Notes under the pieces: generated by a model
What the model saw: only the letters and a program-made list of their open reading frames with translations
Told to the model about the DNA's origin: nothing
Databases searched by the model: none
In this document: positions 55,457 through 64,000 of the stretch, in pieces
Numbering within the stretch: the first letter of the stretch is position 1
Layout of the letters: each line of letters starts with the position of its first letter
Program-made: the position numbers and the translations under genes
Virus record (IMG/VR): IMGVR_UViG_2862035965_000001
Length of the DNA: 64,000 nucleotides
Origin: a virus
Taxonomy: Duplodnaviria > Heunggongvirae > Uroviricota > Caudoviricetes
Direction: 5' to 3' (one strand)

Positions 55457-55989
55457 AGTTAATTAAAAGTCCCTTTACTTACATTACTTAGTTATTCATT
55501 AATTACTTTAACAAACTTAAAGCCAGATAACGCCAGCAAGAAAGGTAGTTTCGCTACGTTCCAGAGAAAGGCAAAAAAGTAGAGCCACTGGGTCACTACT
55601 CCCAATGGCTCTACACTCTTCTCGCTCCGTTAAAGATTCCTGCTGTTCACCACCCCTGCCGGACTATCTGCACACCAGGCAAGTAAAGGAAAACTGATCG
55701 CGGTCCTGGACAGGGCAGCAGTAAATGTTTAACTCACTTTTCAGTATAGACAAACTTTAAAGACAATGCAACTAGTTTCTAAATCTATTTCAAAGTCAAT
55801 TACTTACTCACTAAGGAGAATCAACCATGTCCGGTCGCACCAATCCCCGAAACCAATTTTATGGGTCATATATCTTACGCAAACTTTTCAAGTCGTGCAG
55901 AACCTCAAAATTCCCATAAGTTTTTAATTATCAACACAGTAACTACCTGGCTATCGAAATAGAACGGAAGTGCGCATAACAGGAACATA

Positions 55990-56600
55990 TATGAATTTAA
56001 TTATGAACGTAACGTTACAAACAGAAAGTATCGTTACACCTCAAAAACACACTATGACCTGCTGTAACGGTGAATCTGTAGCGCTACGGTGTAACGATAC
56101 GAAAAAGCTAAAGTTACACCCAAAAGCACCCTTTAACCTGCAACTATAGTCACAAAATTGTGGTTTGTAACGTTGTAACGATACTTTTGGAACTTTAATA
56201 TAGACAGAAGAGAAAGAGTAAGAACTCATAAACGTGAAATAGGACACATAAGTACTTAAAAGCACATATGAGCATCATGCTATGTCGTTTTACTACTTTT
56301 CACCATATGAACGTGCACATGAGCACTACCGCTCTGCACGGTGGTGATGATAGGTAAAAGCCATAACGGATTATTGCGATCCCTCGCGCGTATGTAAAAC
56401 ACGTCAAGTATCGTTACAACGTTACACTTTTGCATTCATGCAGGTCATAGTGTGTTTTTCATGTAACGTTGATGTAACGCTTATATTATTTTAATAATTA
56501 ACTTTAATATAATAAAAGGGTCTTTGACGTGCATCTTTGGTGCTGTAACGCTGTGTAGCGGAGTGTAACGATACGTAACGTTACGCTCGAATTAAATTCA
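55990..56600. repeat. iteron array (TGTAACGATAC / GTAACG repeats), origin-like, immediately upstream of the primase-helicase gene
   Basis: At least 12 GTAACG / CGTTAC cores. The longer form TGTAACGATAC occurs at about 56025 (reverse), 56090, 56172, 56410 (reverse) and 56567. AT-rich blocks are interspersed. Confidence 0.55.
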
Positions 56601-57078
56601 CGTTTGTGCAGTTTTTCAGCCGTCATCTCACCGTGTGAGACTACTGTCTCACAAATAGGCACCACTGCGGCACCCTCTAGATTGAATAAACCTATCAGTC
56701 TGCGTGCGTCTGCGGCCCCTAAAGCGCGCTCCTCACCCCTTTGCGTGCACGGCTATGGTTCGTACCGCTATCCATGCGTAACAACAGCTCTCCCCACCCA
56801 CTGCCTCTTACGCGCGCATACAACTGTGCGCTAAGTGCGCCTTAATAAACCGTTGAGTTTCTTTATTACTAAGCTTGTTTAAATTGAAAGTTCGCTATAT
56901 TCTGATTAAATAAAGTAAGTAATTTAGTAATTCGGCTCCACGGCCACCCGCACCGTTGTTCACCCACAGTGCACAAGAAAAAGCAACTCACTTCGTGCTT
57001 TTTTCACCGACCCCGGCTGTGTGGATGCCACCCACTTACACCGCACAATCGAAGACAAAAGTAAAGGATGTTCACCTT

Positions 57079-58845
57079 ATGTCTGACACCACAGACAACA
57101 ACGACCCAGCTACCTCACTTACAGTCGATAAAGTCGCGCCCGATACTTCTTCCTCTAGCAGCACCGCTGTGCAACCTAAGAAGAAATTCACCATCATTAA
57201 GCAAGTGAACATGATTGCGCGTACCGCTATTGATGACTGCATTAATCGACTAGGCCCAGATGTTGTCACCATGTCCAGCGAAGACATTGCTGACCGGGTG
57301 GTCAACTCCATTAACGTTGCTATTGCCAAGGAAAACGCACGCGCACAAGACGCCAAGGCTGCAGTGCGCTACACACCTATCTTTAAACTCGATTTCTCCC
57401 ACGTCGCCGTGCTCATGCGCAGACTGCATGTGATTATCAATATCGCACCATCCCATAACTCTGACCCCGACAGCGATATGTTGGCTATTTACGACCCCAA
57501 CCCCGCGAGTGAGCATTATGGGATCTATCGCACCTCAGAGGCTGAAATACGCCGCGTAGCGCGTGAATACTGCCCTGACCTCACCTCAGCGCAGTTTAGG
57601 GAATTGCTCATGGCTCTCTCCGATGCAGCGCCACGTAAAGTGCGCCACAAACAACGTGATTTGATTCCTGTGAAAAACGGCATCTTCAACTACTCAACCA
57701 AGCAACTAGAACCTTTTTCTCAAGAGTTTGTCTTTCTTGCTAAATCTGCCGTGAACTACAACCCAGCAGCAACCAACCCTGTCATTGTCCATCCCCAGGA
57801 CGGCTCTGTCTGGGATGTTGAATCATGGATGAACGATCTCTCTGATGATGAAGAGGTTGTCAACCTACTCTGGGAGATTATCGGCGCTATCGTGCGACCC
57901 TATGTGTCCTGGAATAAATCTGCCTGGTTCTATTCTGAGGCAGGAAACAACGGTAAAGGCACCTTGGTTGAGCTCATGCGCAACATTTTGGGTGCAGAAG
58001 CCTATACCAGCATTCAGCTCTCGGACTTCTCCAAAGAGTTCCATCTTGAATCATTGACGCGTGCGCAAGCAATTCTTGTTGATGAGAACGATGTCGGCGC
58101 ATTCTTGGAAAAGTCTGCGAACCTTAAAGCCATTGTCACCAATGACGTCATCTCCATTAACCGCAAGCACAAGACCATGCTCAGCTATCAGTTTTACGGC
58201 TTTATGGTGCAGTGTATTAACGGTTTCCCCAAGGTCAAAGACCAGTCTGAGTCATTTTTCAGGCGCCAACTCTTTGTCCCTTTTGAGAAAAGCTTCACCG
58301 GTGCCGAGCGCAAGTACATCAAAGACGACTACATGTCGCGTACAGATGTACTCGAATATGTTCTCCACCGCGTGCTGCATATGGACTACGACAATCTCTC
58401 CACCCCTGCAGCAGCTCTGGCTGTGCTCGATGAATACAAAGAATTTGTCGATCCTGTACGTGCATTCTGGAATGAATTCAATGATCAATTTGTCTGGGAT
58501 CTGCTGCCACTGCAATTTCTCTACGAGTTTTATCGCAAGTGGTTTGACCGCGACAGTCCATCCGGGTCTGTACTCGGTAAACGCAGCTTCATTCAGAAAA
58601 TCACGACCATCGCTGTTGATAGCGGTGAGTGGGAGTATCCACTCACCGCACAGCGTCCCGGTGGCGATATGGCTGTTCCTGAGCCATTAGTCATTGATTA
58701 CGACCTCACCGAGTGGCAAAACGCCCTGGTCGATAAACGACACCCAAACAAGGGCATTCCACTGCCACTCAAGGCTAATTATCGAGGGTTGCTGCGCAAA
58801 CAACCAGCTGCTCCCGCCGCCTCTCCTGCACCAACCACCCCTTAA
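57079..58845 (+). CDS. DNA primase/helicase, P4/D5 family (SF3 helicase C-terminal domain)
   Basis: Walker A in context (FYSEAGNNGKGTLVELMRN), Walker B (AILVDEND) and motif C (VTNDVISINRK), matching the phage/plasmid-primase P4-family C-terminal pattern. ATG at 57079. Confidence 0.7.
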   Translation: MSDTTDNNDPATSLTVDKVAPDTSSSSSTAVQPKKKFTIIKQVNMIARTAIDDCINRLGPDVVTMSSEDIADRVVNSINVAIAKENARAQDAKAAVRYTPIFKLDFSHVAVLMRRLHVIINIAPSHNSDPDSDMLAIYDPNPASEHYGIYRTSEAEIRRVAREYCPDLTSAQFRELLMALSDAAPRKVRHKQRDLIPVKNGIFNYSTKQLEPFSQEFVFLAKSAVNYNPAATNPVIVHPQDGSVWDVESWMNDLSDDEEVVNLLWEIIGAIVRPYVSWNKSAWFYSEAGNNGKGTLVELMRNILGAEAYTSIQLSDFSKEFHLESLTRAQAILVDENDVGAFLEKSANLKAIVTNDVISINRKHKTMLSYQFYGFMVQCINGFPKVKDQSESFFRRQLFVPFEKSFTGAERKYIKDDYMSRTDVLEYVLHRVLHMDYDNLSTPAAALAVLDEYKEFVDPVRAFWNEFNDQFVWDLLPLQFLYEFYRKWFDRDSPSGSVLGKRSFIQKITTIAVDSGEWEYPLTAQRPGGDMAVPEPLVIDYDLTEWQNALVDKRHPNKGIPLPLKANYRGLLRKQPAAPAASPAPTTP

Positions 58846-58867
58846 CAACCACAAGAAAGCAACCATT

Positions 58868-61800
58868 ATGTCCGCACCAACCATCTACCCCGGCACCAAA
58901 GCATCTATTGACACCATCACCATGGGTGATGCCCGAATCGTCTATTTCGATATTGAGTCACTCCACAATATTTTCACTGTAGCAACCTATGACTCCCTGA
59001 CTCACCACGTCGATTTCTTTTATCTACTCGATCACGACACCAGCCCGCAGGTCACAGTACTGCCACACTCAATGGATTATTTCGACCAGACCCGCAGCGA
59101 TGCTGTCATGACCGCCATTGTTAATCAAAACCCAGCGTTCGCAGAAATTAAAGGTTCACCCATCACCACTGCTGATGTGAGCTTGCACAATCTGGGTGAC
59201 ACCAACGCCAATCGACGCTGGCAGTCTAATGTCCTGCTGGCACGACTACTCGGTGGAATTAACGAACGCGGTCACATCTCCACCAATCATTACGGTAATG
59301 ATCTTGCTCGACAGTTTGCTGAAGCAACCCTGGTCACCCGTGATTTCGATGCCGATTATGACCCCACAACAGCGCACCCTTTTATCGCCGGTTTCAACTC
59401 GATCAACTATGACACCTCCCTGATCAGCCTGTACTTCGCGCTGTTGACCTCGAATATCGGAAGCACACAGACGTATTTCCCGGTGATCACCGCACAGGAG
59501 CTTCGTGCGCATAACGACAAACTCTTTAGCCCTGAGTTCATCAAAAACATGCCGAAGTATCTCTGGGATCGCAACAACGGCGCTGGCTATGAATCCGCCT
59601 CGTATTATCGCAACACCATGCTCAAATCGGGTCGCCACATTGATATTCAACGACTCAATGAAAAGCAGCTCTTTGTCGGACTCAAGCGCCTGCTTGGTCT
59701 ACTCGGCCACCAAATTCTTGAATCGGATCGTCTCTCTGGCGATGATGCCCATGTAGACACTAACGAAGACGTACTCGATCTCATTGCCTACAACGTCTCA
59801 GATGTGGTGGGCACCAGACTGCTTGCTGAAGACCCGGTGTATTCCGGCTCATTCGACCTACGGGCAGGACTTCTCAGCACCTACCCTGAGACTATCTTTG
59901 ATCATGATGGAACCTTCCGTCAGCCATCCACGCAGATGCATAAAGATCGCCTGACGATTAATACCTCATCTGCACAGTTCGCAGCACGTATTTTGGCGCC
60001 TTATCGTCCACTGCGTGATGTCCCAGATGCTATTGGTGACATGCCAGTGGTGTCCTACCTCTATCCTGACGCAGCTGTAGCTCAAGCAACAGGTCAAAAG
60101 CAGGTCAACGTGCTAGACGAATCGAAGAAGTTCTTCTATGACAACATCACTGACCCAGCAGCGCGTGCCGCCTTTGATGAAGTGTTTGCTTTTTACGCAG
60201 ACATTGAGGGGCGCAACTTCAACAGTAACAATGAGGCTATTGATACTCAGATCAACCAGCTACGAGCGTATCTCAACCGGGTTGTCCCATTCGACGCAGC
60301 AGGGCACGCGCTCTATGATGTGCGCACCCGTTTTGAGCAGATCTTCCCCAAGAATCTCAGTTACATCAATGATGCAGCTGATATGACCCCCCGTGCGGTA
60401 TCGAACTTTGATGATCTGGTCGCACTCTTCGATGATATTCGCGGTGTGCTTGATCGAGGCTTAGAGATCTCATCCCCGAATCATCATGAGATGGTCGATA
60501 CTATGCGCAAGCAGCTGCACTATGTGCAGGCGTTTTATCGTGCCTGGGGACCTATCCAGCGCCGCTTTAATGATGCAGGCCCAGCGGTGACTCAGCCACA
60601 GCTCACAGTGATCTACCCACCGCTAACCCCTGCATCCGCAGAAAAATTCGACAAGATCACCTCAGTCGCTGCTGTGCAGAAACGCCCGACCACCCTGCCC
60701 TATTTCCGTGCCGATGGAACCCCTACTCGTGGCTTTGCCAACTTCTCCACTGGTGGTATTCACGGCGCAGAATACAACGGAGATCGCTTTGATCATGATG
60801 TCAACACCTACGCATCATCATCGACTGAGTTTTTCGCTGTTCTTGACGCGTCTCTGAGTGCGCTTCATGCAGCCCACCAAGCAGATCCTGACTCAGCTGA
60901 TTATCAGATCGCACAGGATGCTCTTTCCTGGGCAAAGCAGGTCCTTGATAATCAAACCCATTACGATAAGTCGCCACAGCTGCATAACCCAGCAACAGGT
61001 GTCACCTACGACAAGGAGATTGTCGCCTTAGCTGCCTGGTGGATTCGTAATAAGCCTGTTGATGTTGTCTTACCATCAGGTGAGACCACCACTGTAAAGC
61101 ACGCTGATGTCCTGGCGTCTACTTCCCGCAAGAGCACCCCATATTGGCGCGCCGAACCCAAGGGATCGAAAGAGCCAATCCTGTTCCCAGTAGCAAAATC
61201 TGGCGGTTCCTCGCTTGAAAAGAAGTACAACTACACCTCTGCAGGTACAACAATTCACGAGGACTTCACCAGTTACTATCCTCTACTACTGACCAATATG
61301 GCTGCATTTACTAATGCTGACCTAGGTATTGATGAGAAAACCGGGCGCCCTCGTGACCGCTACAGTGACATTTTCGAACAAAAAGAGATCTATGGTGCAC
61401 AGCGCAAAGACCCTTCTATTGATGAAAAAACAAAACAACGTCTAGGAATTTTGCGAGAAGGCACCAAGCTGATTCTTAACTCTGCTACCGGTGCCGCTGA
61501 TGCCGGTCACGACACTCCGATCCTCATGAACAACCGCGTTATTGCCATGCGCATTATTGGGCAATTATTTTCTTGGAGAATTGGGCAAGCTCAATCATTG
61601 GCTGGTGCAACGATTATCTCCACCAACACTGATGGTCTCTATTCTGTGCTGGATATGGAGACCAACCAGCGTGTTCTTGATGAGCACGCTACAGCTATCG
61701 GCGTGCAGATTGAACCAGAAGAGCTCGATATTGTCTCCAAGGACTCCAACTCACGTGCCGAATTCCTCAGCAACGGATATATCAATGCTGCAGGTGATCT

Positions 61801-62659
61801 GGCGTGTTGGGATGGTCCCAACTCTAGGAACTCGCTTGATCACCCAGCCTTTGTTGACCATGTATTAGTGAAATACTTCCAACTCATCGTCAACAACACT
61901 GTCCCAGAGATTCCAGAAACCCCTGAACTTGAGGGCGTACCACTGGCCCTTGATCAACCCATGAACCGCCATGAAGTCTCGAAAATCGTCGCCACCATGC
62001 ATGAAGAATTCGAGCCGAAGAAGCTGCTGTCGTTTTACCAAAACATCTTGGCTTCTTCTCGCGGTTCTAATACGTTCCTATTCTCTGTCCCCTATATTCC
62101 CGCAGCAGAAGGAGAAGAAACCCACCCTGCAACAGATACCACCACCATTGCGACACCAACCTTAAGTTTTGATGCTTATGGCAATAAAGCCGAGGTCATG
62201 CCGACCCAATCCACCCTGAATAAACGCGTACCCTCGTTGCTGCAGTATTACACGCGAACGTTCCATGTGCGCAAAAATACTGAGCAGGCTGTCTTTGATG
62301 TTATTGGCGCCAACCCAGTACTCATTGCCGCAGCAAAGGCAACGGCAATTACCGCAGCCTCTGCTGATTCACGCAAAAAGAAGGGTGTCGCACCCACCAA
62401 CGCTGACCCAGTGGCCATGCATATGCTGGAGGTCGCCGGTGTTGATACGCAATCGTTGCGCCATGAAAAGGATCTCAAGGTCACCAAGCACACCGGCCAA
62501 GACCCAAGCCTGCCTGTGGTGGTCTTTAACCAAACCATCTGGCACAACCCCAACGACGATGTAATCAACGCACTGCTCGGCGCTATTGACCAGGATGCCT
62601 ATATTGATATGGCGATCTCGTCCTACAACAATTCCTGGCGCAACATCATCCCAGCCTAA
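58868..62659 (+). CDS. family B DNA polymerase (1263 aa)
   Basis: Exo I (IVYFDIES), Exo III-like (YNVSDV), motif A (DFTSYYPLLL, compare DxxSLYPS), motif B (KLILNSATGA, compare Kx3NSxYG) and motif C (ISTNTDGLYS, compare YGDTDS). ATG at 58868 after an AAGAAAGC ribosome-binding site. Confidence 0.8.
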   Translation: MSAPTIYPGTKASIDTITMGDARIVYFDIESLHNIFTVATYDSLTHHVDFFYLLDHDTSPQVTVLPHSMDYFDQTRSDAVMTAIVNQNPAFAEIKGSPITTADVSLHNLGDTNANRRWQSNVLLARLLGGINERGHISTNHYGNDLARQFAEATLVTRDFDADYDPTTAHPFIAGFNSINYDTSLISLYFALLTSNIGSTQTYFPVITAQELRAHNDKLFSPEFIKNMPKYLWDRNNGAGYESASYYRNTMLKSGRHIDIQRLNEKQLFVGLKRLLGLLGHQILESDRLSGDDAHVDTNEDVLDLIAYNVSDVVGTRLLAEDPVYSGSFDLRAGLLSTYPETIFDHDGTFRQPSTQMHKDRLTINTSSAQFAARILAPYRPLRDVPDAIGDMPVVSYLYPDAAVAQATGQKQVNVLDESKKFFYDNITDPAARAAFDEVFAFYADIEGRNFNSNNEAIDTQINQLRAYLNRVVPFDAAGHALYDVRTRFEQIFPKNLSYINDAADMTPRAVSNFDDLVALFDDIRGVLDRGLEISSPNHHEMVDTMRKQLHYVQAFYRAWGPIQRRFNDAGPAVTQPQLTVIYPPLTPASAEKFDKITSVAAVQKRPTTLPYFRADGTPTRGFANFSTGGIHGAEYNGDRFDHDVNTYASSSTEFFAVLDASLSALHAAHQADPDSADYQIAQDALSWAKQVLDNQTHYDKSPQLHNPATGVTYDKEIVALAAWWIRNKPVDVVLPSGETTTVKHADVLASTSRKSTPYWRAEPKGSKEPILFPVAKSGGSSLEKKYNYTSAGTTIHEDFTSYYPLLLTNMAAFTNADLGIDEKTGRPRDRYSDIFEQKEIYGAQRKDPSIDEKTKQRLGILREGTKLILNSATGAADAGHDTPILMNNRVIAMRIIGQLFSWRIGQAQSLAGATIISTNTDGLYSVLDMETNQRVLDEHATAIGVQIEPEELDIVSKDSNSRAEFLSNGYINAAGDLACWDGPNSRNSLDHPAFVDHVLVKYFQLIVNNTVPEIPETPELEGVPLALDQPMNRHEVSKIVATMHEEFEPKKLLSFYQNILASSRGSNTFLFSVPYIPAAEGEETHPATDTTTIATPTLSFDAYGNKAEVMPTQSTLNKRVPSLLQYYTRTFHVRKNTEQAVFDVIGANPVLIAAAKATAITAASADSRKKKGVAPTNADPVAMHMLEVAGVDTQSLRHEKDLKVTKHTGQDPSLPVVVFNQTIWHNPNDDVINALLGAIDQDAYIDMAISSYNNSWRNIIPA

Positions 62660-62754
62660 TACCACCGCTGGGGTAACCCCTTGATGACTTAAAAAGCCTG
62701 GTAAAGCTGTTAAAATTCAGTAATACCAACACTTAATCATCAAGGGGTTTAACT

Positions 62755-63192
62755 ATGTCCACCACCACGCACCGTGCACCTAGCAGACCTTTAGAAAAGG
62801 TCATTGAGCAGGCTCTACAGGATGCTTGTGCCGCACATAACATCATGTACTTAAAGTTCACCTCAGGTGTCACCGGCGTGCCTGATCGCATCCTGCAGGG
62901 TGTTAACGCAGCGGGTCAACCGCTCACTGTCTATGTGGAGCTTAAGCGTCCAGGAACACACCCGCGTACTCGCCAAAAGGAGGTCATGAACAGACTCATG
63001 AGTCGCGGTGCATTAGTGTTTGTCGTCGATGCGAGAGACATCGACGTAACTCATTTCCGACACAGCTATCACACTGTGGAATCACTCTTAGAACTCACGT
63101 TTCTCAGCACTGAGATACCCGTTCCAGAGCGCTTTGAATTATTTAATGCAAACACAAAGGCGAATACCTATAGCGCTGTACCAGCGCTATAA
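62755..63192 (+). CDS. VRR-NUC / PD-(D/E)xK-like nuclease
   Basis: GVPDRIL...TVYVELKRPG...QKEVMNRLMSRGALVFVV fits the D...E.K core of VRR-NUC nucleases. Confidence 0.5.
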   Translation: MSTTTHRAPSRPLEKVIEQALQDACAAHNIMYLKFTSGVTGVPDRILQGVNAAGQPLTVYVELKRPGTHPRTRQKEVMNRLMSRGALVFVVDARDIDVTHFRHSYHTVESLLELTFLSTEIPVPERFELFNANTKANTYSAVPAL

Positions 63193-63430
63193 AGAGGCAA
63201 TTTTTTTATCAAGATCTTTACAATAATAACCACCCATGAGCAGGCTCAATGACTTCTCATGGGTGGTTATTTCATGCAAGGGCGTTGCGTGAAACACGCA
63301 ACCGGGAGGGAGGGTGAAGTCTGGGATTCCTTGCGGGCATATGTCCACGGGGCTTGCTATGCTTCAAACGATTTCATTCAAGAAACTTAATTTATTAACA
63401 ACTCATACAAGAAAAGGAGAGCTGGTCATC

Positions 63431-63850
63431 ATGATCACTCGTCACGATGTTCCTTACATCATCGCACCACCGATTTATGCACTGGTGGCGAGCTTGGTGA
63501 CCACGCCACCATGGTTTTATAGAACCACGTACACCATTGAGGATCTTGATTTTAAGATCAGCTGGGTCTACACCATCACCATCTACATCAGCCTCATGAT
63601 CCTTATTATCGGGTTCTACCAGGCTAATATGCGCAAGGCGTGCCCCTATGAGGAAGATCCTTTGGTCGATATTTGGCACAAGGTGTGGAGCACTGCGCTC
63701 TTTGCCTTACCTGTCGTTTTATCCATCGCAGTGTACTCACTCATCACCCAACGCGGGTTTGACTGGTATGTCATGATTTTCATCCTCCCTGTGGGTTTGA
63801 TGATTGCTTATGGATTCTTCAAGCCTTGTGATTGTGACAAGCACCGTTAA
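63431..63850 (+). CDS. small integral membrane protein (4 TM)
   Basis: ATG at 63431 directly after an AAAAGGAGAG ribosome-binding site. Four hydrophobic helices. Ends CDCDKHR. Confidence 0.5.
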   Translation: MITRHDVPYIIAPPIYALVASLVTTPPWFYRTTYTIEDLDFKISWVYTITIYISLMILIIGFYQANMRKACPYEEDPLVDIWHKVWSTALFALPVVLSIAVYSLITQRGFDWYVMIFILPVGLMIAYGFFKPCDCDKHR

Positions 63851-64000
63851 GGTATACTTGTGCAAGACTTTCCACACCGGCAGCCCAATAAGGGCTGCGC
63901 CTAACTTAACAACGACACATCGACAACCCCTCCCCGGTCACACGCCCAGGAGGGGTTCTTTTTCACCCTTTTTAAAATATACTTATATGTATTATTTCTC

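Noticed and set aside
55827-55919. 30-aa ORF MSGRTNPRNQFYGSYILRKLFKSCRTSKFP with an AAGGAG ribosome-binding site upstream of the iteron region
   Set aside because: Too short, with no other support. It could be real, but I cannot substantiate it from sequence alone.
56041-56265. 74-aa minus-strand ORF inside the GTAACG iteron array
   Set aside because: It overlaps the iterons, is a low-complexity translation of repeat DNA, and has no ribosome-binding site.
58868-62659. Pipolin (primer-independent PolB element) identity
   Set aside because: Pipolins carry a piPolB without a dedicated primase and typically sit at tRNA genes with tyrosine recombinases. Here a P4/D5 primase-helicase directly precedes the polymerase and there is no tyrosine recombinase or tRNA in the window. 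I could not verify the piPolB-specific signature by eye, so I kept it as a comparison to test, not a call.
1-64000. tRNA or tmRNA genes in the non-coding stretches
   Set aside because: I looked for T-arm signatures (GGTTCGAATCC, GGTTCGATTCC and similar) in the intergenic regions (3.5-3.9, 37.5-38.4, 47.9-51.3, 55.5-57.0 kb) and found none. A proper tRNAscan or Aragorn run is still advisable.
1-64000. Phage structural or packaging module (terminase, portal, capsid, tail)
   Set aside because: None of the ORFs shows recognisable terminase ATPase, portal or major-capsid features. The window is either an early or accessory region or part of a plasmid-like element. I cannot decide which from this window alone.

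Overview
This 64-kb window looks like an accessory or mobile-element region (prophage- or plasmid-like) from a high-GC Gram-positive host. I estimate about 53-55% GC. Signal peptides, lipoboxes and AAGAAAGG/AAGGAG ribosome-binding sites suggest a Corynebacterium-like host, but I cannot identify the species. No capsid, terminase, portal or tail genes are recognisable. The window breaks into eight parts.

1. At 0.4-3.5 kb, two minus-strand secreted proteins carry collagen-like GxDG repeats.
2. From 3.8 to 45.5 kb there is a long, almost unidirectional plus-strand array of about 60 small genes, mostly unknown and many acidic. It is organised as promoter motif, gene, hairpin terminator units. At least 11 good copies and 2 degenerate copies of a roughly 23-nt motif, AACGACAGCRMAGCTGCGTTCGG, precede genes, and about half of them also carry a downstream RTGTGA box. 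Recognisable products in the array are a GIY-YIG protein, a YpsA/SLOG (DUF1273)-like protein, two ATP-grasp paralogs, a flotillin (SPFH domain), two trypsin-like serine proteases, a small serine recombinase, a dual-specificity (CX5R) phosphatase, a GntR/FadR-type regulator, and two secreted-protein plus lipoprotein cassettes.
3. Within that array, at 19.7-30.7 kb, at least eight proteins share a previously unrecognised repeated domain, LPxGhxLAxHPxYGRVhV, present in about 17 copies.
4. At 7.3-9.3 kb a minus-strand island includes a protein with an Rx4H (HEPN-like) motif.
5. At 45.6-47.9 kb on the minus strand there is a Fic-domain protein with a partner gene.
6. From 47.9 to 51.3 kb there is a 3.4-kb gene-free region. 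Its AT-rich 1.3 kb carries a dense array of short repeats (TTAAGTGTCAATT, GTCGATTA, GGCTTTAAAAG, TAAGTAACAATTA). A GC-rich part follows, with CAACG repeats, a symmetric double-operator element (ATACACGTGTATACG x2 flanked by GGGGAAAT/ATTTCCCC) and many GC stems capped by UUCG loops, which makes it a candidate origin or centromere and a candidate structured RNA.
7. At 51.3-63.2 kb there is a replication module. It consists of a coiled-coil secreted protein, a RecJ-like DHH exonuclease, a GTAACG-iteron origin-like region, a P4/D5-family primase-helicase, a 1263-aa family-B DNA polymerase and a VRR-NUC-like nuclease.
8. At 63.4-63.9 kb a small membrane protein closes the window.

All functional calls come from motifs I recognised by eye. 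Nothing was searched against a database.
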